A stretch of DNA of 64,000 nt from Eledone cirrhosa. Its lineage: Eukaryota. Each line of letters opens with the position of its first letter. The stretch's first letter is position 1. The stretch covers positions 415,152,001 to 415,216,000 of the forward strand of contig OZ024740.1 of NCBI GenBank assembly GCA_964016885.1. The letters are read 5' to 3'. The notes beneath the pieces are model-generated. The model searched no databases. It was not told the origin of the DNA and was given only the letters and a program-made list of their open reading frames with translations. Shown in pieces: positions 58,676 to 64,000 of the stretch. A program made the position numbers and the translations under genes.

Positions 58676-58746
58676 TATTTTATTATGCGCATTTCAAAAA
58701 CAAATATCATCATGCGATGACATTTGTGTTTTCGTCAGATAAAATA
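58676..58746 (-). ncRNA. Type I hammerhead motif (family A-related)
   Basis: Minus strand UAUUUUAU-CUGACGA-AAACACAAAUGUCAUC(GCAU)GAUGAUAUUUGUUUUU-GAAA-UGCGC-AUA-AUAAAAUA. Perfect 8-bp stem I; palindromic AUGCGCAU stem III. Confidence 0.85.
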
Positions 58747-59080
58747 GGGAGACATGATATGAAGGTTAAAAAACACTTGTGAATAGTGCAGTTTTAAATC
58801 AACATATGAAAAATAGTTTTAGATTGATGTGTGATATTGGGGAAAAAAATGAGGGGGGGGGGGTGAAAAAGAGGAGGAGATGAGAGTAAAGGATGGAGGA
58901 GGAGGAGTATAATAAGGAAGGATGAGATAGGAGGAGAGATGGGTGATAGAGAGAGAGAGATAGCTTTTATAACTGAGAAAAATATATTGTTTTACAGAGA
59001 GAGGTTAAAAAACCGTTGGAAGATAATATATAAATTAAAAGAATTTGAAAATTAACGAAGAGAAAAATTTAAGAATAATG

Positions 59081-59257
59081 TTAAATTAAGGTTTGTATAT
59101 TGAAGGGTTTAATAATATGTGTGATGGAAAGAAATATAATATTAAATTAAGGTTTGTATATTGAAGGGTTTAATAATATGTGTGATGGAAAGAAATATAA
59201 TATTAAATTAAGGTTTGAATATTGAAGGGTTTAATAATATGTGCGATGGAAAGAAAT
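59081..59257. repeat. 61-bp tandem repeat, ~2.9 copies
   Basis: TTAAATTAAGGTTTG.ATATTGAAGGG... at 59081, 59142 and 59203. Confidence 0.92.
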
Positions 59258-59885
59258 TGTTGATATGTATTATTAAAAATAAAAATAGTAATGTATTTAA
59301 GGATATATTATGAAAAGAAGTAGAAGAGTGGATGAATTATGAATTTAGATGAATTAGTTAGTGTTTAAGTTTGTTTTTTATGTAATGTAATATGTATGTG
59401 TAATATATGTAAATAGTTTGTTTACAAATGAGCGCAGAAAGCAAAGAAGGAGATAGTGTTTAAGGAGAAGACCTTAACATCAAAATATGTATGTTTAATG
59501 AAGTATTTCCTAATGGTAATAATATAATGTAATAAAGGAGATTAGTTAGGGTTTAAGTTTGTTTTTATGTGTTGTGATGTGTAAGTTAGACGAGCATGAA
59601 AGGGAGAAAAAAAAAATGAATTGAGGATGAATAATCTAACGTAAAAAAAAATGTTTATGTTTGCGAAGGATTTTTCAAGGTGATACTATAAAGTATTTAA
59701 AAGGGTAATAGTAAGTTTTATGGCCAGTGATAGGATGGAAGAAGGAAGAGTGGATATATTGTGGTGAGTAATAATGAGAATTGAGAAGTATCTAGGAAGA
59801 AAAGGAACAGATTAGAGGTTAGATTACCGTTATGGATGGATGAGCTGAGAATAAATTTGAGCAACTCTGAATTAATAGATGACAT

Positions 59886-62800
59886 ATGTATCTGCGAGCT
59901 ACCAAGCACCCATGTGAAGCGCCAATCCAGAGACCCTTCCCTACTAGTGTCGACAAATGCCCAAAACTCCGAGTTGGTACCATCAATGTAGGCTCAATGA
60001 AAGGAAGAGCAGGAGAAATCGTAGAAATGCTAGAGCGAAAGGAAATTGATGTATGCTATGTGCAAGAGACTAGATGGAGAGGAGAGTCTGCTAGAGTTCT
60101 TGTAGGAAAAAGTCGGTGCTACAAATTTTTCTGGGTGGGACATGACGATGGGATGGGTGGTGTAGGTATACTACTAGCTGACAAGTGGGTAGATAAAGTA
60201 ATCTCAGTGTACAGGGTAAATGCAAGAATCATTAAACTCAGACTAGTCCTGAATAAAACAATTACCACAATAATATCAGCTTACGCACCCCAATCAGGGC
60301 TGCCAGACGAACTTAAGGATAGGTTTTACGAGTCCCTAATGCACACTACTGCTCTAACAGACGACAATGACTTCCTAATCATCGCAGGAGATTTTAACGG
60401 ACACGTAGGTAAACACTGCGACGGCTTCAATAGAGTACATGGAGGCCATGGGGTTGGCACAAGAAATGAGGAAGGATTCAGACTTCTAGAATTCTGCGAC
60501 GCCAATGACATGTCGATATGTAACACAAACTTTAAAAAACCCGACAACCACCTGATCACCTATAGATCAGGGGAGCACTCTAGTCAGATAGATTTTATCC
60601 TCATCAGAGGACGTGACAGATGGACGGTCGTAAACACAAAAGCCTTCCCTAGTGAGGAATGTACATCCCAACATAGCTTAGTTGTCAGCGACCTCACAGT
60701 CAGAACTAGACGAACCTGGAAACAGGCCAACCTGGAGAAGAAAGATCTGGAAGCTGAAAGACCCCTCAACTAGTAACAGATTTAAAGATATTTTACTAAA
60801 CGCCTACGACAGTAAAGAAGAACAGATAGAGACATTCAATGTAGAAGAGAACTGGGAGTTCCTAAAAAATAACTTATTAGAGGCGACGGATGAGGTCTGT
60901 GGGTGGAGTAAGACCTCAAGCAGGAGGAGAGTGACTTGGTGGTGGAACAATAAGGTAAATGAGGCAGTTAAGGCCAAGAGACAGGCATGGAAAGAATGGA
61001 AGAATGGGGGGAGCAGTGTACATTACATAGAGACCAAGAGGGAAGCTAGGCGACAAGTATACTTAGCTAGGAGGGAAGCAGAAGATAGAAAATTCAAGCA
61101 TGTTTTGCAACGTGAGGACCAGAAACAGGAGGTGTTCAAGATTGCGAGGCAGTGTGTCAGAGAGAGTTGTGATGTCATTGGAGAGAAGTGTATCCGGAAT
61201 GATAAAGGTGAGCTTGCCCTCACAAGTGCTGAGAAGAAAGATGCATGGAAGAGTCATTATGATAGATTACTAAATGAGGAGAATGCATGGGAAGAAGAGA
61301 CCCTACCCCAAGTAGACCCTATAGAGGGGCCAGCAGTACAAGTCAGCAGCAACGTAGTAAGTAAGGCAATCAAAGACATGGAGATGGGGAAGGCAACCGG
61401 TCCATCGGGTATAGCTGCCGAGATGCTGAAGGCATCTGGGTCTGTAGGTCACACTATAACCACACGTATTGTTAACCAGGTAATACTAGAAGGTGTCATA
61501 AAAAAAGATTGGTGCAGTAGCATCATTGTCAATTGCTACAAAGGTAAAGGTGATGCACTAGATAGAGGAAACTATAGAGGTATAAAGCTGATGGACCAGG
61601 TCATGAAAGTAACAGAAAGAGTTATAGCACAGTTGATTAGGGACCGGGTGAAACTAGACGAGATGCAATTTGGGTTTGTACCAGGAAGAGGCACCACTGA
61701 TGCCCTCTTCCTTGTGAGACAGTTACAGGAAAAGTACCTAGCTAAAAGTAAGCCACTCTACCTGGCATTTGTCGACCTTGAGAAAGCCTTTGACAGAGTT
61801 CCACGTGCTGTAATCTGGTGGGCTCTTAGAAAACTAGGAGTAGACGAATGGCTTGTGAAAGCGGTACAAGCCATGTATAGGTGAGCAGTCAGCAAAGTTA
61901 GGATTAGCAATGAGTATAGCGAGGAATTTAGCATACAGGTCGGGGTCTACCAGGGCTCAGTTCTTAGCCCCCTCCTGTTCATCATAGTCCTGCAGGCAAT
62001 AACAGAGGAGTTTAAGACCGGATGCCCATGGGAACTCCTGTATGCTGATGATCTCGCACTCATAGCTGAATCTTGGTAGAACTAGAGAAGAAATTCCAAA
62101 CTTGGAAGCAGGGACTAGAAAGAAAGGGTCTCAAAGTCAACATGACAAAGACTAAGGTCCTTGTAAGTAGACGAGAAAACAGAACCCAGATCCCCTCAGG
62201 GAAATGGCCTTGCTCAGTATGTAGGAAAGGTGTAGGTAGGAACTCCATTCTCTGCCCCAAATGCAAACAATGGGTACACAAGAGATGTAGCGGGATCTCA
62301 GGGAGCTTAATTAAGAATGTAGGCTTCACATGCAGCAGCTGTGCTGGGACAGCAAGCAGCAAACAGCCACAGGAAACAAGTACCACCAATATATGGGAGG
62401 GCTCTGTAGAAACAGTAGACAGCTTCTGCTACCTAGGTGACCGAATTAGCAGCGGAGGTGGGTGTTCAGAAAGTACAATAACTAGGGTAAGAACGGGATG
62501 GAAGAAGTTTAGGGAACTACTACCACTGCTAGCTGCAAAAGGCTTCTCCCTCAAAATGAAAGGCAGACTGTATGATGCGTGTATCCGAACAGCCATGTTG
62601 CATGGTAGTGAGACCTGGGCGCTGAAGGTGGAAGACTTACGTAGATTAGAGAGAAACGAAGCCTGCATGCTCCGATGGATGTGTAACAGTAATATACGCG
62701 AACGACAAAGCATAAATGAATTGAGAGAGAGACTGAGCATAAGAGGAATTAAATGCTGTGTGCAGGAGAGGCGGTTGCGCTGGTATGGACATGTGATGCG

Positions 62801-63005
62801 TATGAAGGATGACAGCTGCATAAAAAGGTGCAGAGCACTAGAAGTCGATGTAAACCGCGGAGTGGGGAGACCCAAGATGTCCTGGGATGAGGTGATAAAA
62901 GTCTACCTTACCCAATTACACCTCTCAAAGGCAATGACACACGACCGTGACCTCTGGCGTCACGCAGTAATACAGAGTACCCGACCGCCCATGAGTACAA
63001 GCTGA
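59886..63005 (+). pseudogene. Disrupted RTE ORF
   Basis: Frameshift near 60715, in-frame TGA at 61882-61884 and a second frameshift near 62073. Confidence 0.9.
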
Positions 63006-63302
63006 AGCATATAGACAATATGCCCCCACACCCCCCACCGCAAGGTGGTCGTGGAGGTGCCATGGCAAAAAAGCACCCAGGCCACACTGTAAAGTGGACG
63101 TGTAGGCGTCACGAAAAAGCACCCAGCACTCACTGTAAATGAGGTTGGTGTTAGGAAGGGCATCCAGCTGTAGAAATCAAGCCAAATCAGTTCCTGTATG
63201 AGAAAGGCATGGTCAGCCGACCAGACACTGCCCACAACAGGACAACCCGTCTAACCCATGCTAGCGTGGAAGAACGGACGTAAAACGGTGATGATGATGA
63301 TG
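59886..63302 (+). mobile_element. RTE-clade LINE, near full-length single ORF (APE endonuclease, RT, PHD-like finger), 3' UTR and (GAT)n tail
   Basis: APE motifs INVGSM, VQETRW, SAYAPQ, GDFNGHVG, QIDFILI, SQHSLV. RT motifs NYRGIKL, QFGFVPGRGT, FVDLEKAFDRV, QGSVLSP, YADD (62041). CSVC..C..CKQWVHKRC..C..C. RRLRWYGHVMR..GRPK. Tail CCCATGCTAGCGTGGAAG..CGGACGTAAAACG(GAT)n. Confidence 0.95.
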
Positions 63303-63500
63303 AAATTAAAAGAAAAAAGGAAAAAAGGAAGAAAGGGAAGTGATAAATAGGAATGATATAGAATGAGTAACTAGTATTATATAATGTATAATAAATAACA
63401 TTGAAATAAGGTAGAAAGATGGGTATATTTTTAAAGAAATATATATATATATATATGTGCCTTTGAGAAAAAGGATTTTAAATTGGTAAAGTATTAGATA

Positions 63501-64000
63501 TTAGCTGTATACTTTATGGAATGTTCTGTGGAATTTATGCAAGCAGAGAGAAAACAAGTCAGTGCGTCTATTTATTATAGAATCTAAATTAGATATAATG
63601 GTAAATTTCTCACATAAACAGAGATTATATGTTTTGGATAGAGAGGCATTCAAGTATGGAGAGGCAGAACAAATCTTCCCCCAAGAGATGTTATAGTTAA
63701 TATTTTTGTCTTTCAAGGACCATATGAGTCCTGAGAGTGCCGTGTTGGTTCTTTTAAGTTGGTATTTAAAAGACGAATGATGATTATAAAGACGAGCTTT
63801 AAAGGAGGTGGAAGTGGAGCCAAATTAGGTAAAGGAATTGGTGTCAGTTATAACTTTACATTCATAGATTAAGTTTTTTTCAAGACAATGGTTGTTGAGA
63901 GGACATTTATTTTTAACAGGGCAATTACAATTGCGATTAGAGAAATTAACAGAGTTATTAACAAGTGACCTCGTGTTATCTATAGGAGGGATTGGATTGG
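63501..64000 (-). pseudogene. Penelope-like GIY-YIG endonuclease with a stop in the YIG motif
   Basis: Manual translation: RNCNCPVKNKCPLNNHCLEKNLIYECKVITDTNSFT*FGSTSTSFKARLYNHHSSFK...TALSGLIWSLKDKNINYNISW...NLCLCEKFTII...IINRRTDLFSLCLH. TAA at 63825-63827 replaces the Tyr. Homologous to 51429-51950. Confidence 0.88.

Larger units (their letters stand above)
58645..64000 (-). mobile_element. Penelope-like element (endonuclease, long 3' UTR, hammerhead, (TA)n), interrupted by an RTE LINE and continuing beyond the window
   Basis: GIY-YIG at 63501-64000 and hammerhead at 58676-58746 are both on the minus strand. The same purine-rich + strand composition lies on both sides of the RTE. Continuity is inferred. 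Confidence 0.6.

Noticed and set aside
61882-61884. In-frame TGA as selenocysteine or readthrough
   Set aside because: Not at an evident Cys position, and the same ORF has two frameshifts; ordinary decay.
60326-63235. Minus-strand ORFs over the RTE
   Set aside because: Antisense shadows of the LINE ORF.
59870-63315. Target-site duplication of the RTE
   Set aside because: TGAATTAATAGA versus TGAAATTAAAAGA is only a loose AT-rich match; not claimed.

Overview
Eukaryotic, repeat-saturated, apparently gene-free window. The SINE family and the RTE 3' tail resemble octopod cephalopod repeats (recall and inference, not searched). Layout: (1) 1-15080, a 40/43-bp satellite with higher-order structure. 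(2) A decayed CRE-clade non-LTR retrotransposon at its edge, with a second inverted fragment at ~19.1-19.4 kb, among tRNA-derived SINEs. (3) 21697-47500, a hAT/Charlie-type MITE (15-bp TIRs, 8-bp TSD matching 7/8) whose ~370-bp body is inflated to 25.8 kb by 748 copies of a 34-bp unit. (4) ~49-58.7 kb, a (TA)n-rich insertion sink holding long palindromes, Penelope-like GIY-YIG remnants and 11 hammerhead-ribozyme motifs of 5 sequence types. These include sense/antisense fold-back pairs, a U3-A8 core variant and a 466-nt tandem retrozyme-like unit. (5) A near-complete but disrupted RTE LINE (APE-RT-PHD) apparently nested in a minus-strand Penelope-like element that runs off the right edge. Most ORF-track entries are microsatellite translations. 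All structures were read by eye; nothing was computed or searched.
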